A stretch of 40,203 bases of DNA from a virus. Lineage: Duplodnaviria > Caudoviricetes. The notes under the pieces were generated by a model. The model was not told the DNA's origin and did no database searches. It saw nothing but the letters and a program-made list of their open reading frames with translations. The position numbers and the translations under genes were made by a program. Of this stretch, positions 1-8,146 are shown in pieces (position 1 is the first letter of the stretch; each line of letters begins with the position of its first letter). The stretch is taken from positions 1 through 40,203 of IMG/VR virus record IMGVR_UViG_3300005805_000185, one strand, 5' to 3'.

Positions 1-20
1 GTTTTTTCCATTGTATTTTT

Positions 21-464
21 CTATGGAAGCAATACCAGCTCTACATTAGCTTCTTTAAACATCTCTGTTGTATAATGGGCGTTAAAACGCATTGACTGTT
101 CTTCAGTTGTATAATTTTTAGCAATAACTTTTTTTATACCACGTTGTATGATGCTCTTAGCACATTCATTACACGGACACAAAGTGGCATACATAGTGCC
201 TCCTCTAACATCAAGTGGGGCGTTATCAAGGGCATTTCTTTCGGCATGTGCAACAAATCTCAACTTTTGATAGCGGTCTTCATAACGAGATTCAAGGTCT
301 AAAACACCTCTAGGAAACCCGTTGTATCCTAAACTAAGAACTTGTTTAAGATCATTAACTATAACTGCACCTACTTTTGTGCTTGGATCTTTTGACCAGT
401 TTGAAACAAAAAAAGCAAGGTCAAGAAATCTTGTATCCCAATCAGCATTAATTACTTTATTCAT
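21..464 (-). CDS. cd: dCMP deaminase
   Basis: SKDPSTKVGAVI, GYNG, HAE and PCxxC (PCNEC) zinc-deaminase motifs. Confidence 0.93.
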   Translation of the reverse strand: MNKVINADWDTRFLDLAFFVSNWSKDPSTKVGAVIVNDLKQVLSLGYNGFPRGVLDLESRYEDRYQKLRFVAHAERNALDNAPLDVRGGTMYATLCPCNECAKSIIQRGIKKVIAKNYTTEEQSMRFNAHYTTEMFKEANVELVLLP

Positions 465-1246
465 TATATCTCTATAACAAGGTTAGGGTTAAACATTTTA
501 TTAACCTCATAGCTTGCATAACCTCTAGGGTTACATACAACACGAGTAGAGCCTATCATGTAGTCAAATGAGTCATGCGTATGGCCGTGAGTCCATAGTT
601 TAATTTGTGGTCTGTCGAGTATAAATTCGGACAACTCAGAGGAATAAGCTCCGTTTATAAGATTTTCTCTTTCATATCGAGGTTTTAAGGAAAGCCTACT
701 CGGTGCATGATGTCCAACCACAACAACCTTGCCCTGAGGAATATTATCTACTTCTTTTTGAATATAAGATAACGTTTCGAAATGCTCATTAACTACATGG
801 CTAGGGTCAAGAAGACCATATTCAGAATTAGTATTTCGAATAATTCGAAAGTCATTCATCCTTCTTCTGACTTCCCATAGTGTATTTGGATCGTTTTTAT
901 TCATATCCGTCCAAATAGTAGCACCTATAAACATAACATCGTCTATCGTAACAGACTTTTTTTCTAAAATGTGTAAGTTTAGTAAGTGTTCAAGCTCTTC
1001 TTTAAGAAGAGTTTCAGTAAGTGCAAAATCACCATTATAATGTTCGTGATTTCCTAACACATAAATTACTTCTTTAAATTTTGAGCAGACATCATTAAAA
1101 AAATTTAGAAAAAGCTCTCTATACTTAAGAGTGAATCCTTGAGCAACACATATGTCTCCAGAAAGTATAAGTATATCGGCACCATTATTTTCTAATGTAA
1201 TAGTGCCGAACTCTAAATGTAGATCGCTAACTAGTTGGATTTTCAT
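464..1246 (-). CDS. Calcineurin-like metallophosphoesterase
   Basis: SDLH, GD, GNHE, HH and HGHTH motifs; C-terminal NPRGY. Confidence 0.9.
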   Translation of the reverse strand: MKIQLVSDLHLEFGTITLENNGADILILSGDICVAQGFTLKYRELFLNFFNDVCSKFKEVIYVLGNHEHYNGDFALTETLLKEELEHLLNLHILEKKSVTIDDVMFIGATIWTDMNKNDPNTLWEVRRRMNDFRIIRNTNSEYGLLDPSHVVNEHFETLSYIQKEVDNIPQGKVVVVGHHAPSRLSLKPRYERENLINGAYSSELSEFILDRPQIKLWTHGHTHDSFDYMIGSTRVVCNPRGYASYEVNKMFNPNLVIEI

Positions 1247-1253
1247 AACAGCA

Positions 1254-1282
1254 ATTATAAAGAGATATTAAAAAGAGATCAA
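1254..1282 (-). promoter_or_regulatory. Sigma70-type early promoter for the metallophosphoesterase-cd genes
   Basis: Minus strand reads TTGATC-N17-TATAAT, ending 7 nt before the ATG at 1246. Confidence 0.7.
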
Positions 1283-1284
1283 GT

Positions 1285-1292
1285 TATAAATA
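1285..1292 (+). promoter_or_regulatory. T4-type late (gp55) promoter
   Basis: Exact TATAAATA upstream of an AAGGA RBS and the ATG at 1316. Confidence 0.8.
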
Positions 1293-1315
1293 TTTAGTGT
1301 ATTTAAGGAAATAAC

Positions 1316-1867
1316 ATGCAAATCAAAAAGCTAGCAGTAACGCTACTTTTTGTTATGCCTATATTAGCGCAAGCGCAATCTGATGTGATTGTTACGGATT
1401 CAAGAAGTACAAGTACTGTAACAACTAATAGTAACAGCGTTAATGAAACAACTGTTAAATCACCTCCAGCATCTGCTATATCGCCTACTATGACGATATT
1501 AAACAATGACATTTGCACAACAGGTGTCAGCGGAGCAGTTCAAACACAAATATTAGGTTTCTCTGGTGGTACAACGGTACGTGATATGAATTGTGAGAGA
1601 TTAAAGTTAGCTAAGTCATTGTTTGACATGGGGATGAAGGTCGCTGCTGTAGCAACATTATGTCAGGATGATAGAGTGTTTTCTGCAATGATGAATGCAG
1701 GAACTCCATGCCCTGTTGATGGTAAAATTGGTGATGAAGCAAAAAGAGTATGGGAAGATAATCCAAACCGTAAACCAACTCCTATGAAAGAAAAAGACGA
1801 TGCAAGTTTCTGGCAAAAAGTTTCTGCTGGTCTTGGCGCTCTGGCTATCATTCTTCTCCTTTTGTAA
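1316..1867 (+). CDS. Hypothetical exported protein with C-terminal membrane anchor
   Basis: Signal peptide (KK, hydrophobic core, AQA), Ser/Thr-rich linker, 4 Cys, hydrophobic C-terminus; AAGGA RBS. Confidence 0.8.
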   Translation: MQIKKLAVTLLFVMPILAQAQSDVIVTDSRSTSTVTTNSNSVNETTVKSPPASAISPTMTILNNDICTTGVSGAVQTQILGFSGGTTVRDMNCERLKLAKSLFDMGMKVAAVATLCQDDRVFSAMMNAGTPCPVDGKIGDEAKRVWEDNPNRKPTPMKEKDDASFWQKVSAGLGALAIILLLL

Positions 1868-3887
1868 TTCCCAACAGGTCAACACCACTCCAAACTTAAT
1901 TACCAACAGTTGGAGTGGTGTAGTTCCTTATTCTGGAACAGGAGCAGGGTTTTCTGGAGGAAGCGCTCCTGGATACAATTCCTCTACACAAACAATTTAT
2001 TTTGGATATGTTCAATCTACCGTTTCTCAAGCTCATGCAATTAGTTCTGCCTTGAGTGGAAGCGGTATTCAAGTTGGCGGAGTAAATTATGGCTTTCAAT
2101 ATTTCAACCAGGACACTGCAAGAGGTTCTCTCTCAGTAAGAGCTACCCTATATGATTCGTCTGGATCAATACTAAGTAATTATAATCATACGCTTGGACA
2201 AACAACAAGCGGGTGGACAAACTTTAATCAGACACAAACGTTTGCTAATCCATATAGTTTATCTAGTTTAGGTAATGTAACGTTATCAATTACAGGAAAA
2301 GATGATAGATTTTGGGCTGGATTCTATGGACCTCAGGTTAGGAACTCATATCTATCTCTCAATTACACAGTTGATCCTTGTGTAGGAAATCCTCGTTATT
2401 CGCCATCTTGCCCAGGATATAACAGTTCAGATATGTGGTATTCTGGAAATTTAAGTTCAGTTTATGGATCTTCTTTTGCTATAAATCAAGCATTAGGATT
2501 TGGAAACTCAGGTGTTCGTGTACATAGTGTTAATTGGGGATATGATTATAATATTGGAGGAAGATACTGTAGCGGATGGAATTTATTTGGTATTTGTTTT
2601 TTATGGAGCGATAGTGAAGTATCAGGAAGTCTAGACGTGCGTAATAGCGGCAATCAAGTTATATTGTCGGATAATAAAACAACGTCAGGGGAAGATATCT
2701 CTGGAAGTTTTCGTCGTGAAGTTTTGCTAGGAGATAATAGCAGAGACATTTCAACATTAGGAACTGCAAATATAAACCTATCGACTACGGGTATAGCAAC
2801 AGCTTCTCCATATATCGGATTTAACTTCTCGCCAGATATATGTAATACTAATCCTCTAATTAACTCTCAATGCCCTGGCTATGCTCAAGCGCTATTTACA
2901 CAGCAGTGTACTGCTAATCCTTTGTCAGATGTGCTTTGTCCGGGATATGCACAAGCATATTTAAATCAACAATGTTCATTAAGTGCGTTATATAATCCAA
3001 GCTGTCCTGGATACGCTGTTGCGTATTTTAATCAACAATGTACAGTTAGTCCTTTGTATAGCCCACAGTGTCCGGGGTATGCTCAAGCATTATTTACAAA
3101 AACATGCAATGATAACCCACTATCAGATACTAAATGTCCATTATATCAACAGGCGTATTTAAACCAGCAATGTACATTAAATTCTCTTTACTCTACTGAA
3201 TGCCCTTCATACCAGCAGGCTTACTTTAACCAGCAGTGTTCATTAACACCATTATATAATACAGCATGTCCAGGATATGCTGAAGCATTTAGAAGTAAAC
3301 AAATAGCTGACGCCTGTGCGGCTAATCCACAATCAAATCCAAGCTGCAAGGGTTACACAGTACTTCAATCGTCTTCAACGACTACAATAACGACAACAGC
3401 AGTTTCTACATCAGTGCCTTCAATTATCATGCCCGGGTCTGATCCTGTTACATCAATTACTCAACCTAAAGTAGTTGATGATACGGTTGTCAACCAACTA
3501 ATTGAAAAACCGCAACAAAAAGCTGAGACATCTTTTCAAGTATCCCCACAAGTACAATCACAGCAAACGCAGGGTCCAAGACAACAAGCAAGAGCGACAC
3601 AGCAAACAAGATCACAACAAAACTCAACGTCCAGATCAAATATTGCATCACAGCCTCGTGTAGTAACAAGTGAAGAAAAGAAAGAAGAAGATAAAATGGC
3701 AGCGCTTTCTAGTATACCAGGTTTCTCTGCTTATGAAAATGCAAGACTTCCAGATGTAACCTTTTATAAGGTAGAGGATATTTATAAGCGTGCATCTATT
3801 TCTGATAATGTAAGAGCGCAGAGACTTTTAAATCAACGATCAGATAGATTACATAGGGAGATGGTAGATGAGCAGTACAGAAAATAA
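1800..3887 (+). CDS. Hypothetical exported Cys-rich repeat protein (exact start uncertain)
   Basis: 695-aa ORF with a signal-like N-terminus, two related beta-rich domains, 22-aa Cys repeats and a Thr/Gln-rich tail. Confidence 0.85.
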   Translation: MQVSGKKFLLVLALWLSFFSFCNSQQVNTTPNLITNSWSGVVPYSGTGAGFSGGSAPGYNSSTQTIYFGYVQSTVSQAHAISSALSGSGIQVGGVNYGFQYFNQDTARGSLSVRATLYDSSGSILSNYNHTLGQTTSGWTNFNQTQTFANPYSLSSLGNVTLSITGKDDRFWAGFYGPQVRNSYLSLNYTVDPCVGNPRYSPSCPGYNSSDMWYSGNLSSVYGSSFAINQALGFGNSGVRVHSVNWGYDYNIGGRYCSGWNLFGICFLWSDSEVSGSLDVRNSGNQVILSDNKTTSGEDISGSFRREVLLGDNSRDISTLGTANINLSTTGIATASPYIGFNFSPDICNTNPLINSQCPGYAQALFTQQCTANPLSDVLCPGYAQAYLNQQCSLSALYNPSCPGYAVAYFNQQCTVSPLYSPQCPGYAQALFTKTCNDNPLSDTKCPLYQQAYLNQQCTLNSLYSTECPSYQQAYFNQQCSLTPLYNTACPGYAEAFRSKQIADACAANPQSNPSCKGYTVLQSSSTTTITTTAVSTSVPSIIMPGSDPVTSITQPKVVDDTVVNQLIEKPQQKAETSFQVSPQVQSQQTQGPRQQARATQQTRSQQNSTSRSNIASQPRVVTSEEKKEEDKMAALSSIPGFSAYENARLPDVTFYKVEDIYKRASISDNVRAQRLLNQRSDRLHREMVDEQYRK
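2841..3356 (+). repeat. Coding tandem repeat, ~8 degenerate copies of 66 nt (22 aa)
   Basis: Unit C-x2-(N/S)PL-x4-CPGYAQA(L/Y)(F/L)-x-QQ; first Cys codons at 2841 and 2907 are 66 nt apart. Confidence 0.9.
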
Positions 3888-4503
3888 GGACCTTAATAAA
3901 GAGGTAGAAAAGTTAGAAGGAGCTATGAAGCAGTATGCAAGTAAAGATACTGTTATTAGTATCGGAGGATATAGTTTTACTCCAGCTAAATTAATGATTG
4001 CTTTTGGTATTATATCCTCTGTTATTGGAGGTTTATACGGTGTATTTGAAACATATAAAGATTATATGGGAATGAAAAAGAAAATTGCTGATTATGTTGC
4101 ACCCGACTTTAGTGAATATGAAGCTCGTATTATAAAGTTAGAAGCTGATAACGAAAAGATGTTAGGTTATACTCGCGATGTAAACACAAATCTTAAAAGT
4201 GATATTCGTCGTACCGAACAGGTTTTAGAAGGTGTAGAAAGAGGATCTAAAACTGCTCAGAGAGAAGTTGAGAAAGACGTAAACGACATTCGTCGTCAAA
4301 TTGATTTAGAAATAAAAGAGATACGTCGCAGCGCTGATTCCCAGGTAAGAGAAATGCAAAAACAGGTTGATTCAACAGTACAGAATGTAAATGAAAGAGT
4401 GAATCGTATTGAGCGTGAAACAAATAGTGAACTAAGAGTTATTCGTCGTGAAGTAGATGACAAAATTAAAAAGGCATTAGATAATCCATTATCAAATAAC
4501 TGA
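3868..4503 (+). CDS. Hypothetical single-TM protein with long coiled coil
   Basis: TM segment LMIAFGIISSVIGGLYGVF followed by a charged helical region; GGAG-like RBS upstream. Confidence 0.8.
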   Translation: MSSTENKDLNKEVEKLEGAMKQYASKDTVISIGGYSFTPAKLMIAFGIISSVIGGLYGVFETYKDYMGMKKKIADYVAPDFSEYEARIIKLEADNEKMLGYTRDVNTNLKSDIRRTEQVLEGVERGSKTAQREVEKDVNDIRRQIDLEIKEIRRSADSQVREMQKQVDSTVQNVNERVNRIERETNSELRVIRREVDDKIKKALDNPLSNN

Positions 4504-4510
4504 GGTTAAT

Positions 4511-4909
4511 ATGAAAACATTTAATGATTTTGTTAAAGAAGAAAGATACCCTGAACACCAGCCCATGGAACAAAAATCGGCAAACGATGTAGCTGCAGCC
4601 CTAGGTAAAGCTAAAACCAATGCAATGTTAAATCATGAAGCATTTAGGGAATATCATGGTTTTGAAAAAGCATATAGACATGGTGTTACCCGATCAGGAT
4701 TTCATGAAGTACATGTATTTCCTTACATGCATAGTGTACACAAAACCGAAGAAGGACATATAAGGCCGACCACTATGTTAAAATTTCATTTTAAAGCTTC
4801 CGGAGGTGTTTCTCAAGTACACAAATTTATTCGTAGCGAAAAACCTAACGATGAAGAAAAACAACGCCGGGGAACTGAATGGTCGTTTGTAAAAACTTGG
4901 AAAAAATAA
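4511..4909 (+). CDS. Hypothetical protein, possible internal head protein
   Basis: GAGG RBS; N-terminus MKTFNDFVKEE resembles the T4 capsid-targeting sequence. Confidence 0.7.
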   Translation: MKTFNDFVKEERYPEHQPMEQKSANDVAAALGKAKTNAMLNHEAFREYHGFEKAYRHGVTRSGFHEVHVFPYMHSVHKTEEGHIRPTTMLKFHFKASGGVSQVHKFIRSEKPNDEEKQRRGTEWSFVKTWKK

Positions 4910-4917
4910 TAAATTAA

Positions 4918-5436
4918 ATGGATCCCGTTACACTACTTGGCACAGTTACCGCAGCTTTTAATGGAATTAAGGCTGCGGTTAAGGTTGGTCAAGAAGTAGA
5001 AGGAGTTTATAGACAGCTGGCTAAATGGGCAGATGCAGCAGGCCAGCTACAACAAATGATAAATGATAGTAAGACCGATACCGGAGAACAAAAAGCAGGT
5101 TTATTTGAAAAAATAGGATTTAAGAAAAGTGTTACTGGAGAAGCATTTGATATCATTATAGCACAGCAAAAACTACGAGAGATGGATAATGAAATATATA
5201 ATATGTTTCTTTATGGTGAATTACAAGAGTTAGGAGCAGAAGGTTATAGTCAATTTATTCAGCTCAGAAGAGAAGTAAGAGAAAAGCGTGAACGAATGAT
5301 TCGTGATCAGGCAAGAAGAAGAAAACGATTTATAGAAAATATGTTTTGGGGAACGCTACTTATTATAACATTAGTAATAGCGTTAAAATTCTTTATATGG
5401 ATTTACGACATCGGCAAAGATGCTGGAAAGTGGTAA
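4918..5436 (+). CDS. Hypothetical membrane protein
   Basis: Helical protein; basic patch RRRKR followed by a C-terminal TM helix. Confidence 0.75.
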   Translation: MDPVTLLGTVTAAFNGIKAAVKVGQEVEGVYRQLAKWADAAGQLQQMINDSKTDTGEQKAGLFEKIGFKKSVTGEAFDIIIAQQKLREMDNEIYNMFLYGELQELGAEGYSQFIQLRREVREKRERMIRDQARRRKRFIENMFWGTLLIITLVIALKFFIWIYDIGKDAGKW

Positions 5437-5438
5437 AA

Positions 5439-5741
5439 ATGAAAAAAATATTATTTTTAGCTTTATTTTTATTCAGCACTAAAGCTTTAGCACAAGCGTT
5501 TCTTCCTGTTGATTGTGGAACGATTGCAAACTTATCTGAAGTATTAGTAGAATATGATGAAAAGCCATTTGCAATTGCTGAAACAACAAGAGAGAGTAAC
5601 GGAAGAAGAGCTAATTTTACAGTATTCTTTTTTCTTAACCCTAAAACAGGAACATGGACTGTTGCTGAAAAGGTAAATGAAAATCTTTACTGTATAGTAT
5701 CCTCAGGAAGAAACTTCTTTTTAGTAGAAAAGCCTATTTAA
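5439..5741 (+). CDS. Hypothetical exported protein
   Basis: Start moved to 5439 (MKKILFLALFLFSTKALA, signal peptide), 2 nt after the previous stop; one Cys pair. Confidence 0.75.
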   Translation: MKKILFLALFLFSTKALAQAFLPVDCGTIANLSEVLVEYDEKPFAIAETTRESNGRRANFTVFFFLNPKTGTWTVAEKVNENLYCIVSSGRNFFLVEKPI

Positions 5742-6133
5742 AACCTTCTTCCAATATTATATTTTGCTACTAAGTTCCAATCATCTTTTTCTTTGAACGG
5801 AAGTATTTTTATTGTAGAGATAGGAGCCCTAGGTTCTTTCGTTTTACTTGAATCAATTATAGATACCAGCCCCCACTCAGCAACTAAATTAGCTACTGTA
5901 TTTCTTCTAGCAATATCTTCATCTGTAAAATCAGTAGGCTTGCCGTCTAAAGCAAATAGTTCCTTAAAGTGAACTATGTAATAGCGACCTTGTTTATGAA
6001 GAATGTGGCAGGATTGGTATAATGTTCTATTTTTCTTAGAGGCAACTCCAATTCGTGTTAGAGTTTCCCGGACCTTTAAAAAGTCATCTTCCTCTACTAA
6101 TTTCACTTCAACCAGAGATTCTATATTAGACAT
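5738..6133 (-). CDS. regA: RegA translational repressor
   Basis: DFLKVRETLTRIG, LYQSCHILHKQGRYYIVHFKELF; follows gp62 as in T4. Confidence 0.97.
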   Translation of the reverse strand: MSNIESLVEVKLVEEDDFLKVRETLTRIGVASKKNRTLYQSCHILHKQGRYYIVHFKELFALDGKPTDFTDEDIARRNTVANLVAEWGLVSIIDSSKTKEPRAPISTIKILPFKEKDDWNLVAKYNIGRRF

Positions 6134-6163
6134 AATTTTCTTATAATTATAGTTATAATACTA

Positions 6164-6171
6164 TATTTATA
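6164..6171 (-). promoter_or_regulatory. T4-type late promoter upstream of regA
   Basis: TATAAATA on the minus strand, overlapping the gp62 stop. Confidence 0.55.
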
Positions 6172-6550
6172 AGTTTTTTGTCTTTTCTAAAATTTCATTC
6201 TTTTGTCTATCATTTAAAATATTAGCATATTCTTCAGCGCGTACTCTATTAACTTTAAAATACATGCTAATGCTTTCTATTACTTCATTATTATCCTTTT
6301 TTGCCCACCTTGCAAAACGTTTACCCTGACGTACGCTATGCAGCAAATACTCGTACTGCATTTTATTATCTAAAAATCCATGTCTGTTTATTTCATTAGC
6401 ATAAAGTAAAGTGTCTGTAAAATAGGATAATGACTTATTAACCACATAAGGTATGTAACCCTTTTCGGCTAGCTCGTCATTTTCCGTGTCCTTCATAATA
6501 TTAACTTTAGTGGAATTAATTGAATTCACATAATCAAATACAGAACTCAT
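6167..6550 (-). CDS. gp62: Clamp loader small subunit
   Basis: FDYVNSIN, YIPYVVNKSLS, KRFARWAK; lies between gp44 and regA. Confidence 0.92.
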   Translation of the reverse strand: MSSVFDYVNSINSTKVNIMKDTENDELAEKGYIPYVVNKSLSYFTDTLLYANEINRHGFLDNKMQYEYLLHSVRQGKRFARWAKKDNNEVIESISMYFKVNRVRAEEYANILNDRQKNEILEKTKNL

Positions 6551-7485
6551 TTAAACTCTACCTGTACCATAATTTCAGCCAGACATGCTGCTAGATTTAT
6601 TTCAGGGTCGGCAACAAATGCAGCCTTGTATTGATAGTCTGCTAGGGTTAGGACGAGTTGCGGTATGCTAGAAGGTTTAAGCTGATCTGATAACAGGTCA
6701 TACAACGTTCTAAAAAATACTGCGGTGTCTACGTCAGAATTCTCACCTACCCACTTCCTTACATTAGTAAAGTTTTTTGACTTAATGTAATCAAATAACT
6801 CATTAAATGTTTCTTCTTTTTTATTAGCAAGTATACCTGAATCAATAGCACCGGTGGCTGCATAGCGCTGTAGTTCATTTAATGTGCGTCTGAAATCAGG
6901 AAAATGTTTTGAGATTACACCTGCGACAGCTTTAGGATCAAACTGTACCCCTTCCATTTCAAGTATGCTGTATACTCTTGAGTAAAAAAACTTAGCGAGT
7001 GCCGGACGCTCCTCTTTTGGAATTTTAAATTCAATTACACTGCATCGAGAGTGCAAAGGTTCAATAATACGATTTTTAAAATTACACGTAAGAATAAAAC
7101 CGCAGTTCTTACTGTACTCTTCCATAAAATTACGAAGAGCAGGTTGAGTACTATTAGGATTGAGATAATCAGCTTCATCAAGAATTACATACTTACGACC
7201 GCCAGACAATGATACAGACGATGCAAATGTCTTGATCTCATTTCTAAGTGTGTCGATGTTACCGTTAAGGCTCCCATTGATAACAATGTAGTCTGAACCA
7301 AGCTCATCTAACAATGCACGAGCTACGGTTGTCTTTCCAATGCCTGCTCGTCCACAGAGTAAGAGATTAGGTACAAACTTATCTTCTACAAACTTACTGA
7401 AGACCTGTTTAAGGTCGGTAGTGAGTGCTGTATGCTCAATACAACGTGGACGATATTGTTCAACCCAAAGCGTTTGTTCACGCAT
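6547..7485 (-). CDS. gp44: Clamp loader AAA+ subunit
   Basis: LWVEQYRP, GxxGxGKTT, DEAD, LHSRC (RFC-type motifs). Confidence 0.96.
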   Translation of the reverse strand: MREQTLWVEQYRPRCIEHTALTTDLKQVFSKFVEDKFVPNLLLCGRAGIGKTTVARALLDELGSDYIVINGSLNGNIDTLRNEIKTFASSVSLSGGRKYVILDEADYLNPNSTQPALRNFMEEYSKNCGFILTCNFKNRIIEPLHSRCSVIEFKIPKEERPALAKFFYSRVYSILEMEGVQFDPKAVAGVISKHFPDFRRTLNELQRYAATGAIDSGILANKKEETFNELFDYIKSKNFTNVRKWVGENSDVDTAVFFRTLYDLLSDQLKPSSIPQLVLTLADYQYKAAFVADPEINLAACLAEIMVQVEFK

Positions 7486-8146
7486 CTTGTTCCTTGTAAG
7501 TGCTTGCCGATTCAGTAGCTACCCAATACTCTACATCTCCGCCAGTAAAATGAGCAATACCTTTTGATGAGATCTCGACTCTATAATCCTCGTTAAGCAT
7601 TTTAATGTTTTCAGAAAGAAAAATCATCTTAAAAGTAGCGTTAGTAGTACCTACCTCAACACTAAACTTATCGCTCGTTGGATTTTTAGAATCAATAGCC
7701 TGCACAGACATGACTCCATCTTCACCATTTATAGCTAGCTCGGGCAAACCAAGCACGCCCATAGCTTTAAGAACACTTTGCAGTACTTCAGCTTTTAAAT
7801 CAAGCTCAATATCTACACTTGGAATCTTAACTTCCTTGTCACCGGGAGTGACTATAAGCTTGGGATCGGCGTATGTATATTGTACATGTCGACCTCCGCC
7901 GCTGATGGTCAAGAACCTTTCTTCAAGTGTAAGTGTAGGAGATTCGAACAAGGATAGGATACCTAAAAACCTCGACAAATCGTAGATAGCAAAAGTATGT
8001 GGGATATGCTCTTTAATAGCAGCTTTTGCCATCATAGTTTTATTAGGTGAAATTGTGGTAATAAAGCTACCCTGTTTAAACTGCAAGGATGGATTAATAG
8101 ATGCAAAATTCTTCAATATCTGAAGAGTGCGCCCTTCTAGCTTCAT
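7478..8146 (-). CDS. gp45: Sliding clamp
   Basis: LKNFASINPS, FAIYDLSRFL, YWVATE; upstream of gp44. Confidence 0.95.
   Translation of the reverse strand: MKLEGRTLQILKNFASINPSLQFKQGSFITTISPNKTMMAKAAIKEHIPHTFAIYDLSRFLGILSLFESPTLTLEERFLTISGGGRHVQYTYADPKLIVTPGDKEVKIPSVDIELDLKAEVLQSVLKAMGVLGLPELAINGEDGVMSVQAIDSKNPTSDKFSVEVGTTNATFKMIFLSENIKMLNEDYRVEISSKGIAHFTGGDVEYWVATESASTYKEQDA

Noticed and set aside
2841-3356. 66-nt periodicity as a CRISPR array or DGR repeat
   Set aside because: Units are degenerate at synonymous positions and conserved as protein; no identical repeats with spacers and no reverse transcriptase in the window
1316-4503. Canonical spanin/holin lysis cassette
   Set aside because: No lipobox lipoprotein or endolysin seen, and the 695-aa size does not fit known spanins
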